From: an uncultured Opitutia bacterium
GTDB lineage: Bacteria > Verrucomicrobiota > Verrucomicrobiia > Opitutales > Opitutaceae
DNA: 64,000 bases
Direction of reading: 5' to 3'
Assembly: GCA_937952235.1 (NCBI GenBank)
Contig: CALFZM010000082.1
Location: 4,312-68,311 of the forward strand
Positions 26,788 through 35,832 of this stretch are shown piece after piece. How positions within the stretch are numbered: position 1 is the stretch's first letter; every line of letters begins with the position of its first letter. The notes below the pieces were generated by a model. The model worked only from the letters and a program-made list of their open reading frames with translations, searched no databases and was not told where the DNA came from. Both the position numbers and the translations under genes were made by a program.

Positions 26788-29003
26788 CAGGCGCCCTGGG
26801 CCGGCGGCGCCGGCGCGGCTCCGGGCGGCGACAACACCACCGCGGGAATCGGCGCCGCGGCGCCGGCAGCGCTGGCACGCAGGCCGGCGGCCGCCATGAA
26901 GTACTTCTGCGCGCGGAAGGCTTCGTCGCCCGCGGCGCGGGGCACGGGGCCGTACGTGCCGTCGGACCGCAGTTCGCGCGCGTCCTCGTTGTCGCGCAGC
27001 TCGATCGGCAGCACGTCGTCGATGAGACGGCGCCGCAGGTCGGGATCCTCGATCGGGAAGAGCGCCTCGACGCGGCGGAAGAAGTTGCGCGACATCCAGT
27101 CCGCACTCCCGGCGAAGACGAGCGGCTGGCCGCCGTTCTCGAAGTAGAAGATGCGCGCGTGCTCGAGAAAGCGTCCGACGATGCTGCGGAGCCGGATGTT
27201 CTCGCTCAGCCCCTTCACGCCCGGGAGCAGGCAGCAGGTGGCCCGCACGATGAGGTCGATCTTCACGCCGGCCTGCGACGCGGCGTAGAGGTTCTCGATC
27301 GTCACCGGGTCGACGAGCTTGTTCATCTTGGCGATGATCCGGGCAGGGCGGCCCGCGGCGGCATTCGCCGCCTCGGCGTTGATCAGTTCCTGGGTGCGGC
27401 TGTGGAGGTTGAACGGCGCCACCAGCAGGTGCTTGAACTCGGGCGTGCGCCCCAGCCCGGTCAGCGTGTTGAACAGTTGCGCCACCTCGGCGGCCAGGTG
27501 CTCCCGGCAGGTGAGCAGGCTCAGGTCGGTGTAGAGCCGGGCGGTCTTCGGGTTGTAATTGCCGGTGCCCAGATGGACGTACCGGCGCAGCGTGCCGCCC
27601 TCCCGTCGCACCACGAGGCAGCACTTGCAGTGGGTCTTGTGGCCGACGAGGCCGTAGACAACGTGCACCCCCGCCTCCTCCAGCTCGCGGGCCCACTTGA
27701 TATTGTTGGCCTCGTCGAAGCGCGCCATGAGCTCGATGAGCGCCGTGACCTGCTTGCCGGCGACCGAGGCGTCGATCAGGGCGCGCACCACGGGGGAGTC
27801 GCCGCTCGTGCGGTAAAGGGTCTGCTTGATGGCGAGCACCTCGGGGTCGCGGGCCGCCTGCTGCACGAATTCCACCACGGGAGCGAACGATTCGTACGGG
27901 TGATGCAGGAGGACATCGCGCTCGCGGATCAGATCGAAGATCGCCGGGTGCGAGCCGGGCGTCGTCGGGTCGCAGGGTACGTACGGCGGGAACTTCAGGT
28001 CCGGCCGGTCGATCAACTCGTAGAGGCTCATCAGCCGCAGCAGGTTCAGCGGCCCCTTGAGCCGGATCGCGTCGTCGGCCTCGACGCCGATGTGCCGGCA
28101 CAGGACGGTGAGCATGCCGTTGTCCACCCCGTCCTCGATCTCGATCCGCACCGCCTCGCCCCGGCGGAGGTTGCGCAGTTCCTCCTCGATCTTCTTCAGG
28201 AGGTTCTCGGCCTCCTCCTCGTCGATGTAGAGATCGCTGTTGCGGGTGACGCGAAAGGCGCTGGCCTGTTCCACCACGTAGCCGGGGAAAAGCCGGCCGC
28301 CGCAGAGCTTGATGATCTCGCTCAGGAAGAGATGCCGCAGCGGGCCCGCGTCGCGCGGCGCGATCTGCACGATCCGCGGCAGGCTGCGCGGCACCGGCAG
28401 GATGATCATCAGCCGGTCCTGCCCCGGCGTATCCGGATTGTCCAGGGACACCAGCACGTTGAGCGTCTTGTTGCCCAGCAGCGGAAAGGGATGCGCCTGG
28501 TCGACCGCCAGCGGCGTCAGCACCGGCAGCACCTGCGTTTCGAAATACTGCTGCACCCACGCGCGCTCCGCGTCGCTGAGCTGGGCCGCGGTCCGGAACT
28601 CGATCCCGGCCCTGGCCAGCGCCGGCACCAGTTCCTGATGCCAGCAGGCGTACTGGTCGGCCACGAGCTGGCTCACGGCCTTGCGCACGCGACGCAGTTG
28701 TTCGCGGGGAGTCAGGCCGTCGATGCTCAGACCGCTCGACTCGGACTCCGCCTGCTGCATCAGGCCGGCGACGCGGATCTCGAAAAACTCGTCGAGATTG
28801 GAGCTGACGATGGCGAGGAACTTGACGCGCTCGAGCAGCGGATTGTCGGGATTGCAGGCCTGTTCCAGCACGCGGCGGTTGAACGCGAGCCAGCTCTGCT
28901 CCCGGTTGCCGAAGACCGTCGTGGTCCCGTCGGCGGCTGTTCTCGGCTTGGGCATCGACGCGGAGACGACATTGGGACGGCGCTTGGGGCGGGAAGCAGA
29001 CAT
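26787..29003 (-). CDS. ppk1: Polyphosphate kinase 1
   Basis: [81 protein letters not shown]. Confidence 0.97.
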   Translation of the reverse strand: MSASRPKRRPNVVSASMPKPRTAADGTTTVFGNREQSWLAFNRRVLEQACNPDNPLLERVKFLAIVSSNLDEFFEIRVAGLMQQAESESSGLSIDGLTPREQLRRVRKAVSQLVADQYACWHQELVPALARAGIEFRTAAQLSDAERAWVQQYFETQVLPVLTPLAVDQAHPFPLLGNKTLNVLVSLDNPDTPGQDRLMIILPVPRSLPRIVQIAPRDAGPLRHLFLSEIIKLCGGRLFPGYVVEQASAFRVTRNSDLYIDEEEAENLLKKIEEELRNLRRGEAVRIEIEDGVDNGMLTVLCRHIGVEADDAIRLKGPLNLLRLMSLYELIDRPDLKFPPYVPCDPTTPGSHPAIFDLIRERDVLLHHPYESFAPVVEFVQQAARDPEVLAIKQTLYRTSGDSPVVRALIDASVAGKQVTALIELMARFDEANNIKWARELEEAGVHVVYGLVGHKTHCKCCLVVRREGGTLRRYVHLGTGNYNPKTARLYTDLSLLTCREHLAAEVAQLFNTLTGLGRTPEFKHLLVAPFNLHSRTQELINAEAANAAAGRPARIIAKMNKLVDPVTIENLYAASQAGVKIDLIVRATCCLLPGVKGLSENIRLRSIVGRFLEHARIFYFENGGQPLVFAGSADWMSRNFFRRVEALFPIEDPDLRRRLIDDVLPIELRDNEDARELRSDGTYGPVPRAAGDEAFRAQKYFMAAAGLRASAAGAAAPIPAVVLSPPGAAPAPPAQGA

Positions 29004-29161
29004 GGAGCGCCGCCAACCTAGACCCGCAACCCGCCGGCAGACCAGCCACGTCACTCGCCGTCACCCAATCGTCACACACAAGCCGGTCCAGGACCGCACC
29101 CTGCGACAAAGATTATTTCACCGGCGGCGGACAGGGCGGGAGCGAGCCGGTCCGCCGGTGG

Positions 29162-30943
29162 TCAAACCGCCGGCGCGGGCGGCGCCTTCCGCTTTTCCAC
29201 CAAGGCGAGCAGCAGGTCGCTCTTCGCCAGGCTGCCGCGGAGCAGCCCGTCCGCATCCACCACCGGCAGGCGCTCCGCGACGAGGCCGAGAAAGCCTCCG
29301 AGCGCATCGGTGAGCGGCTGCTCGGGGGACACCCGCGGGAAATCCTCGCGCAGGATGTCGCGGGCGAGCACGAGCTCGGCGAGGTCGGGTTCGCCGAGGT
29401 ACGGCTTGATGTCGTGGAGCGCCACCACGCCGACGAATTTTCCCGCCTCGTCGACGACGTAGAGGTTGTTGACACGCACCGCCAGGAACGTGCGGGCGAT
29501 CTCGGCGAAGGGCGCCGATGGCGAGACCACGGGCGGATCGGCCCGCATCAGGTCGGCGACGCGCCCGGTGCCCAGCGCGGGATCGGGCTGCGAAGCCGCC
29601 TTGCGCTGCAACACTTCGCTGTAGAGCGAGGCGCCGGCGATGCTCTTGGCGGTGTGGAAGGCGATCACGCTGCTCAGGAGCAGCGGGAGGATGATGTCGT
29701 AGCTGAGCGTCATCTCGAACAACAGGATCACCGCCATGACCGGCGCGCGGCTCGCGGCTGCAAGGAAGGCACCCATTCCGACCAGCGCGAACGTCATCGG
29801 GTTCTGCGCACCCGCCGGCCAGACGTGGTGCACGAACGTGCCGAAGAGCAGTCCGGCGCACGCGCCCATGAAAAGCGATGGCGTGAACACGCCGCCCGGG
29901 GCGCCCGAGCCGAAGGACGCCATGGTGGCGAGCCACTTGCACGCGAAGAGCCCGGGCACGAGCACCCAGCCGATCTTGCCGTTGAGAATCTCGACCACGA
30001 CGGAGTAGCCGTTGCCGCACACCTGCGGGACCTGTACCGCGATCGCGCCGACGAGGAGTCCGCCGAGCGCCAGCCGCAGCACGATCGGCAGCCGCAACGA
30101 GACGAAGAATTTTTCCGCGCCCTTGAGCGTGGAGAGGAACAGCGGTGCGAGCGCGCCCGCGATGAATCCCAGCACGATGTAGGGCCCCATCTCCCACGGC
30201 GACACCTCGCCGAATGCCGGAACCTTGTAGAGCACGTGGGCGGACGTCAGCACGTGCACCGTCAGCGTGGCCGCCACGGCCGCCACCACCAGCGGGCCCA
30301 GGCTCTCCATGGCGATGGTGCCGAGGATGATCTCGGCCACGAAGAACGATCCCGCGATCGGGGCGTTGTAAGCCGAGGCGATGCCCGCCGCGGCGCCGCA
30401 GGCGACCAGGAGCCGGAGCTTCGGCGGGGTGAAGCGGCGCCACCGGCCGAGCCGCGAGGCGGCCACGGCGGCCATCTGCACGAGCGGGCCCTCGCGCCCG
30501 ATGGAGCCGCCGGTGCCGATCGCCAGCACCGCCGCCAGCGATTTCACCAGGCTGGCCCGCATCGGGATGTGGCCGTTGCCGATCACGATCGCCTCCATGT
30601 AGTCGGTCGAGCTCTGCACCCGCGTGAGGCGCTGGCCGAAAAGGAGGATCGCGCCCGCCGCCGCGCCGCCGAGCGTCGGCACCGCCAGCACGGCCCACCA
30701 GGGCAGGCTCGCCATCGAATCGACGACACCGAGTCGCGAGTTGCCGAACCAGTCGTGCACGCGCTCCGTGAGGATGGTGAACAGCATCGACGCGAGCGCG
30801 CCGAAAAATCCCGCCACCGCGGCCCAGAGCAGCGTCACCTGCCACTCGCTGGGCTGCAGCTTCTCCTGCACCCACACGCGCCAGCGGAGCAGGAAGAGCA
30901 GGCGGCGCAGGAGGGGCGCGGCCGGTTCGGTGACGGACTTCAT
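29162..30943 (-). CDS. ClC-family chloride channel/transporter (ClcB-like) with CBS pair
   Basis: GGSIGREGP gating motif, GIASAYNAPIAG, GAPGGVFTPSL; two C-terminal CBS domains. Confidence 0.93.
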   Translation of the reverse strand: MKSVTEPAAPLLRRLLFLLRWRVWVQEKLQPSEWQVTLLWAAVAGFFGALASMLFTILTERVHDWFGNSRLGVVDSMASLPWWAVLAVPTLGGAAAGAILLFGQRLTRVQSSTDYMEAIVIGNGHIPMRASLVKSLAAVLAIGTGGSIGREGPLVQMAAVAASRLGRWRRFTPPKLRLLVACGAAAGIASAYNAPIAGSFFVAEIILGTIAMESLGPLVVAAVAATLTVHVLTSAHVLYKVPAFGEVSPWEMGPYIVLGFIAGALAPLFLSTLKGAEKFFVSLRLPIVLRLALGGLLVGAIAVQVPQVCGNGYSVVVEILNGKIGWVLVPGLFACKWLATMASFGSGAPGGVFTPSLFMGACAGLLFGTFVHHVWPAGAQNPMTFALVGMGAFLAAASRAPVMAVILLFEMTLSYDIILPLLLSSVIAFHTAKSIAGASLYSEVLQRKAASQPDPALGTGRVADLMRADPPVVSPSAPFAEIARTFLAVRVNNLYVVDEAGKFVGVVALHDIKPYLGEPDLAELVLARDILREDFPRVSPEQPLTDALGGFLGLVAERLPVVDADGLLRGSLAKSDLLLALVEKRKAPPAPAV

Positions 30944-31113
30944 CGCGACGCCACCTCGCGAGGAAGATCACGGAAAGCACAGCTCGGACGCACGATGCCG
31001 AAACCGTAGGGCCGGCGTCCGCAGAAACAAGCCCTCGCCGCGGGAAAATCCGGACTCTTCCGCGGGCCCGATCCCGGCTTGCGCTGCACGCGCCGCGTCG
31101 CACCCTGCGCAGC

Positions 31114-31341
31114 ATGTGCGCCAAGCCCAGCCGGAAAACGCCCCGCCCCGCGGTCGCCGCGCCGGCAGCGGCCGCCCCGGTTCGCGTCGCGGAAGAAACC
31201 ACCGCCGGCTCGTGGCTCGACTCGTCCGACCCGCGGCGCCGGACCTGGGCTCGGGTGCTTTTCGCCGGGATCTGGATCTACGTCGGCGCGCTCTGGCTGC
31301 TCGCGCTCGACCAGACGTTCCGCTGGGGCATCTTCGACTGA
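31114..31341 (+). CDS. Small single-TM hypothetical protein
   Basis: 75-aa ORF with a Trp-rich TM helix (WARVLFAGIWIYVGALWLLAL) and normal codon bias. Confidence 0.6.
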   Translation: MCAKPSRKTPRPAVAAPAAAAPVRVAEETTAGSWLDSSDPRRRTWARVLFAGIWIYVGALWLLALDQTFRWGIFD

Positions 31342-31406
31342 GCAGCCCACCCAGCCGGACACCGGCTGTCGGCCTCCCCATCAACCGTGAAAACGGCCGC
31401 ACGGAA

Positions 31407-31500
31407 GGTGGAGCGGCTCGTCCTCGAGCCGCTGCGGACCGGCCCGTCGCACGTCAGCCGCCTGGGGACAGGCGGCTCCACCGCAACGGCATCGTTCCGT
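31407..31500. repeat. REP doublet, family A copy 3
   Basis: GGTGGAGCGGCTCG..CGAGCCGCT ... CAGCCGCCTGGGGACAGGCGGCTCCACC plus GCAACGGCATCGTTCCGT tail. Confidence 0.9.
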
Positions 31501-31501
31501 C

Positions 31502-34180
31502 TCAGTCGATCGTGTAGGGCTCCTGCACCTCCTCCTGCTCCGAGGGAGCGGTGAGGGCCACCAGGCTGCGCAGCGAGGTGAAGTGCTGGCTGAGGTCGAA
31601 GTCGCCCCCCAGACCGCCGATGAGCTTGTCGAACAGGTCCTTCTTCGAGGCTTTCAGCGCCTGGATGCGCTCCTCGATCGTGCCCGCGGTGACCATGCGG
31701 TAGACGAACACCGTGCTCGTCTGCCCGATGCGGTGCACGCGGTCCACGGCCTGCGCCTCGACCGCGGGATTCCACCACGGGTCGAGCAGGAACACGTAAT
31801 CGGCCGCGTGCAGGGTGATGCCGGTGCCGGCGGCCTTGAGCGACACGAGCATGGCGGCCGCCCCGGTGGCATTCTGGAACGACTGCACGGGCTTCAACCG
31901 GTCGAGCGTCATGCCGGTCAGTTCGTAGCGCGGCAGGTCCGGGAAATGGTTCGCGAGCGCCTCCCGCACCCGGTCGAGCAGCATCACGAACTGGGAGAAG
32001 ATCACGACCTTGTGCCCGCTGCCCACGATCTCGGTGAGTTTCTCGACGAGCAGGTTGATCTTCCCCGAGTCGGCGAGCGGCGCCTTGAGCCAGGGCAGCA
32101 TGTCGGGATCGCAGCACGTCTGCCGCAGCCGCGTGAGCAGGGCGAGGAACCCGAACGACTTCTCGCGCATCGCGGCGCCGACGTCGTCGCCCAGCCGCTC
32201 CAGGCCCTCGCTGCAGATCCGCGCGTACTCCGCGCGCTGTACGTCGGTGAGCGGGCAGATGAGATCCATCTCGAGCTTCGGCGGCAGCTCGGTCGCGACC
32301 TCGCGCTTCGTGCGCCGCAGGATGAACGGCGCGAGCTGGGCGCGCAGGCGCGTCAGGGTGCCGTCGCGATCGGCATTGAGGGCGGATTCGAACGAGGCGC
32401 GCGATCCCAGCAGTCCCGGCAGGAGGAACCGGAAGATGCTCCACAGATCGAGCTGGCGGTTCTCCAGCGGCGTGCCGGTCAGCACGAGGCGGTGAGCGGC
32501 GCGCACGGCGAAGCAGGTCTGCGTGATCTTGGCGTCGGGATTCTTGATAAACTGCCCTTCGTCGAGCACCGCGTAGCCGAACTCCACGCCGTCGAGCAGC
32601 GCCCGGTGCTTGCGCAACTGGGTGTAGCTCGCGAGCCACACCACGGGCTGCTGATGCTGGCTGAAATCGTGGCCGGTCTTCAACACGTCGACCGCGAGGT
32701 GCGGGAAGAACTTCGCCATTTCCTCCCGCCACACCGGCACCACGCTCGCCGGGCACACGATGAGGCTGGGACGGCCCTCCAGCGGCCGTGCGGCCAGCAG
32801 CGAAAGCACCTGCAGCGTCTTGCCCAGGCCCATCTCGTCGGCCAGCAGGCCGTGGCAGCCGACTGCACAGAGATGGTGCATCCACTCCACGCCACGCCGC
32901 TGGTACGGACGCAGGAGCTCGGGCAGCGCGGGCGGCGTGGTCGGCGCCCCGAGGACCTGCTGGCGCCAGGCCTCGATCTCGGGCGAGAGGGTAAGCTTGA
33001 GCCGCGCGTCGTTGAAGAGGGAGAAGATAAGGTACGGCGACAGCGGCGCGCTCCCGTCGGCAGCGCCCTGCGTCTCCTCGACGTTCTTCTGCCAGGCCGC
33101 GTAGCTCTCCCAGCGATCCTGCGGCAGCGCCACGATGCCGAGGCTCGGCAGGATCACGGGCTGGCCCCCGCGCTTGAGCAGCGCGTTCACCTCGCTGTCG
33201 GTCAGCAGCCGTTCCCCGGCGCGGAAGATCCAGCGCAGGTTCAGCCCCGCATGCCCGGCTCCCCCGCCAGTCGATGGCGCCCGCTCCGCCACCGCCTCGA
33301 TCTCGACCGTGCGGGTGCCCTTGAGGAGATTCGCCGACTTGTCGTCCAGCTCGATGGTGAAGAGCTTGCGCCAGGCGGGCAGGACGGTCTTCAGGAAGTT
33401 CGGGATCTCGACCAGCGACTCCATCGTGTAGACCCCGGTGTCCTGGTGATAATGAAAGTGCGCCTTGCGCGCGTAGGCCGCGAGGCCGATGAGCTTGGCC
33501 CGTTCCGCCGAGGTGACGTGTGCCGCACCCGGTCCGTGGGCTTCCGGGCCCAGCGCGGGATGCTTCGTCTTCTTGTCCGCCTCGATCCAAACGGACTGAA
33601 ACGTGAGCCCGGACGTCCTGGTCTTGAATGCCAGCACCAGCGTGCGCGATCCGCTCGCGGCCGGGGCGGACGGCTGCCCGTGCCCTCCGTTGCCGTTCGT
33701 CGCGCCGTGACCGTTGCCGCCCTGCGGCGCCGCGGCCCGGGCCATCCCGCCGCCGAAGGAGTGGCCGTTGCGCGCCGGCGACACGACCGCGCCGGCGGAG
33801 GCCGGCACGGAGATGCTGCCGGGCTTGGGCGCATCACCGGGCAGCGGCGAGATTTCATCCGCCACGAGTTCCTCGATCTCGTGCAAACCCGCCACCGCCA
33901 GCGCGTGGGCGAGGTCCCGGTCGGTGGACGAGGACCGGACGCTCAATCCCTCGGCCGTCCATTCAATGACGGCATACTCGTCCTTCTTGTCCACCCGGCG
34001 ATGCACGATCGCATCCTTGTCGGTGAGCTCCAGCTCGCGGACTTCGCCGCCGACGTAGATCTGCCGTCCCTGCTCCAGTTGCGCCGGGCTGAAGGCAGCC
34101 TCCCACTCTTCCTCGAGTTTGCCGAACCAGAACTCCAGCGAGTGGGGTGTATAGACACGCTTGGGGCCGTGCGACTGCAT
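31502..34180 (-). CDS. SNF2/SWI2-family helicase
   Basis: LRPYQRRG, LADEMGLGKT, DEGQFIKN, LTGTPLEN, SLKAAGTGITL, DPWWNPAVEAQAVDRVHRIGQ; alternative TTG start at 34237. Confidence 0.95.
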   Translation of the reverse strand: MQSHGPKRVYTPHSLEFWFGKLEEEWEAAFSPAQLEQGRQIYVGGEVRELELTDKDAIVHRRVDKKDEYAVIEWTAEGLSVRSSSTDRDLAHALAVAGLHEIEELVADEISPLPGDAPKPGSISVPASAGAVVSPARNGHSFGGGMARAAAPQGGNGHGATNGNGGHGQPSAPAASGSRTLVLAFKTRTSGLTFQSVWIEADKKTKHPALGPEAHGPGAAHVTSAERAKLIGLAAYARKAHFHYHQDTGVYTMESLVEIPNFLKTVLPAWRKLFTIELDDKSANLLKGTRTVEIEAVAERAPSTGGGAGHAGLNLRWIFRAGERLLTDSEVNALLKRGGQPVILPSLGIVALPQDRWESYAAWQKNVEETQGAADGSAPLSPYLIFSLFNDARLKLTLSPEIEAWRQQVLGAPTTPPALPELLRPYQRRGVEWMHHLCAVGCHGLLADEMGLGKTLQVLSLLAARPLEGRPSLIVCPASVVPVWREEMAKFFPHLAVDVLKTGHDFSQHQQPVVWLASYTQLRKHRALLDGVEFGYAVLDEGQFIKNPDAKITQTCFAVRAAHRLVLTGTPLENRQLDLWSIFRFLLPGLLGSRASFESALNADRDGTLTRLRAQLAPFILRRTKREVATELPPKLEMDLICPLTDVQRAEYARICSEGLERLGDDVGAAMREKSFGFLALLTRLRQTCCDPDMLPWLKAPLADSGKINLLVEKLTEIVGSGHKVVIFSQFVMLLDRVREALANHFPDLPRYELTGMTLDRLKPVQSFQNATGAAAMLVSLKAAGTGITLHAADYVFLLDPWWNPAVEAQAVDRVHRIGQTSTVFVYRMVTAGTIEERIQALKASKKDLFDKLIGGLGGDFDLSQHFTSLRSLVALTAPSEQEEVQEPYTID

Positions 34181-34372
34181 CAATCTAAAAACGGCCACCG
34201 TAGAAACCGACCCAAGTGGTGCAACCTCGAATTTCATCCGTATTATCTGAACCGCAAAATCGCTCGCGTGGAACGAATCCCGGGATTTTTCGCCGGCGAC
34301 GCCGCGGCGTCGCCACGCCCGGCGCGAAGGCGGGCGATACGTACGCGGGGCCGTCCCTCGGCTTGGACGCGG

Positions 34373-35689
34373 TCACGCGCGACCGGCCGCTGCGACCCGC
34401 CGGCCGGCCGGCAGCCGGGCGAGTTCCTCCCGGATGACGGCGAGCGTGCGCTCCACCGCGCCGGCATTTTCCGCCCGCCAGGCCGCGGCCGCCCGGGCCA
34501 GGCGGGCCCGGGCGGCGGGATCGCGGAGCAGCCCGGCCACCCGCGCCGACAGGGCCGCCGGATCGGCCACGGTCTCGGCCGCGCCCCGGGCGAGCAGGTC
34601 CCGCGCAATCGGACGGAAGTTGCCCATGCCGGGTCCGAACAGGATCGGCTTCTCCAGCGCCGCGGCCTCCACCGGTGTCTGGCCCTCGGTGTGCGGCGCG
34701 AGGCTCTTGCCGACGTAGACGAGGTCGGCGAGCTGCGTGAAGTTCCGCAGCTCACCGGTGGTGTCGCCCACCGCGACATCGACCTCCCCGGCCGCCGCGC
34801 CACGCGAGCGGAGGTGATAGCGCAGGCCCGTGCCCGCGACCGCGCGCTCGACCTCTTCGCGGCGCTCCGCATGGCGCGGCACCAGCAGGAGCGACGCCGC
34901 GACGCCCTCGGCGCGCGCGTGCCGGAACGCCGCGAGCAGCGCCTCCTCCTCTCCCGGCCAGGTGGAGGAACCGAGCAGAACCAGCCCCTCCGGCAACCCG
35001 AGTTCGCGTCGAAGTCGCGCGCGCTCAGCCACGTCAAGGGGTGCGATCCGCACGTCGAGTTTCAGATTGCCCGTGGTCGTCATCCGCTCGCGTGGGAAGC
35101 CCAGCGCGGCAAAGCGCTCGGCGTCGTCGGCGGAACCGGGCAGCAGGCGAGTGATTCCCGCCCACAGCAGCCGGGCCGCACCCGGCCAACGCCGCAGCCG
35201 CGCGTGCGAGCGATCCGAGAGCCGGGCATTGATGTTGAGCACGGGCACGCCGCGCCGCGCTGCCTGGTGCAGGAACTCCGGCCAACGCTCGCCTTCCGTC
35301 AGGATGACCAGATCGGGGTCGATGCGCCGCCAGGCCCGCGCCGCGCACGGCCAGGCGTCGAGCGGAAAATACCCGATCCCCGTCGCCAGCGCGGCATAGC
35401 GTTCGCGCGCGAGGCGGTACCCGGTGCTCGTGGTCGTGGTGAGGTGGATGTCCACTCCGTCCCGCCGCAACCCCTCGAGCAGCGGCGCGATCGCGAGCAT
35501 TTCGCCCACGCTGACCGCCTGCAGCCACACGCGCGGGCGGCCGGGCGGGCGCGGCGGGAGCGCGGGGCCGCCGCCGAACCGCTGGCCGAAGTTCTCCCCG
35601 TAGCCGCCGCGCCGCCGCATCCGCCACAGGTAGGCGGGGGCCATCAGCAGCAGGGCGGGCAGGAAGAGAAGGCGGTAAACCCAGAGCAT
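34373..35689 (-). CDS. waaA: 3-deoxy-D-manno-octulosonic acid (Kdo) transferase
   Basis: WLQAVSVGE, TTTTSTG, YFPLD, EGERWP, INARLSDRS, TGNLKLD, VPRHAER, GQTPVEAA. Confidence 0.95.
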   Translation of the reverse strand: MLWVYRLLFLPALLLMAPAYLWRMRRRGGYGENFGQRFGGGPALPPRPPGRPRVWLQAVSVGEMLAIAPLLEGLRRDGVDIHLTTTTSTGYRLARERYAALATGIGYFPLDAWPCAARAWRRIDPDLVILTEGERWPEFLHQAARRGVPVLNINARLSDRSHARLRRWPGAARLLWAGITRLLPGSADDAERFAALGFPRERMTTTGNLKLDVRIAPLDVAERARLRRELGLPEGLVLLGSSTWPGEEEALLAAFRHARAEGVAASLLLVPRHAERREEVERAVAGTGLRYHLRSRGAAAGEVDVAVGDTTGELRNFTQLADLVYVGKSLAPHTEGQTPVEAAALEKPILFGPGMGNFRPIARDLLARGAAETVADPAALSARVAGLLRDPAARARLARAAAAWRAENAGAVERTLAVIREELARLPAGRRVAAAGRA

Positions 35690-35832
35690 CGCGCGGTCCG
35701 ACGTTTATGCGCCGGCGGCCGGCCGGAACGAAACCAAAATGTGTACGCCCCGCGCCGCTCCGACCGTCACTGCGGCCCGGCGGCTTTTCTTTTGCGACTT
35801 TTGGAGCTTACTGCGCGACTCATCCCGTTGCC

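Noticed and set aside
26427-29021. 864-aa plus-strand ORF, and similar long antisense ORFs (e.g. 536-3331, 15862-18408, 41814-44288, 47393-50329, 53237-56320, 61240-63396)
   Set aside because: Each overlaps a well-supported gene on the other strand or frame; stop-poor shadows of GC3-biased genes
30944-31113. Fluoride riboswitch / CLC-F exporter hypothesis
   Set aside because: No crcB-motif sequence recognisable upstream; the protein has GREGP and GNGHIP rather than the CLC-F GREGT / GNNLI-type signatures
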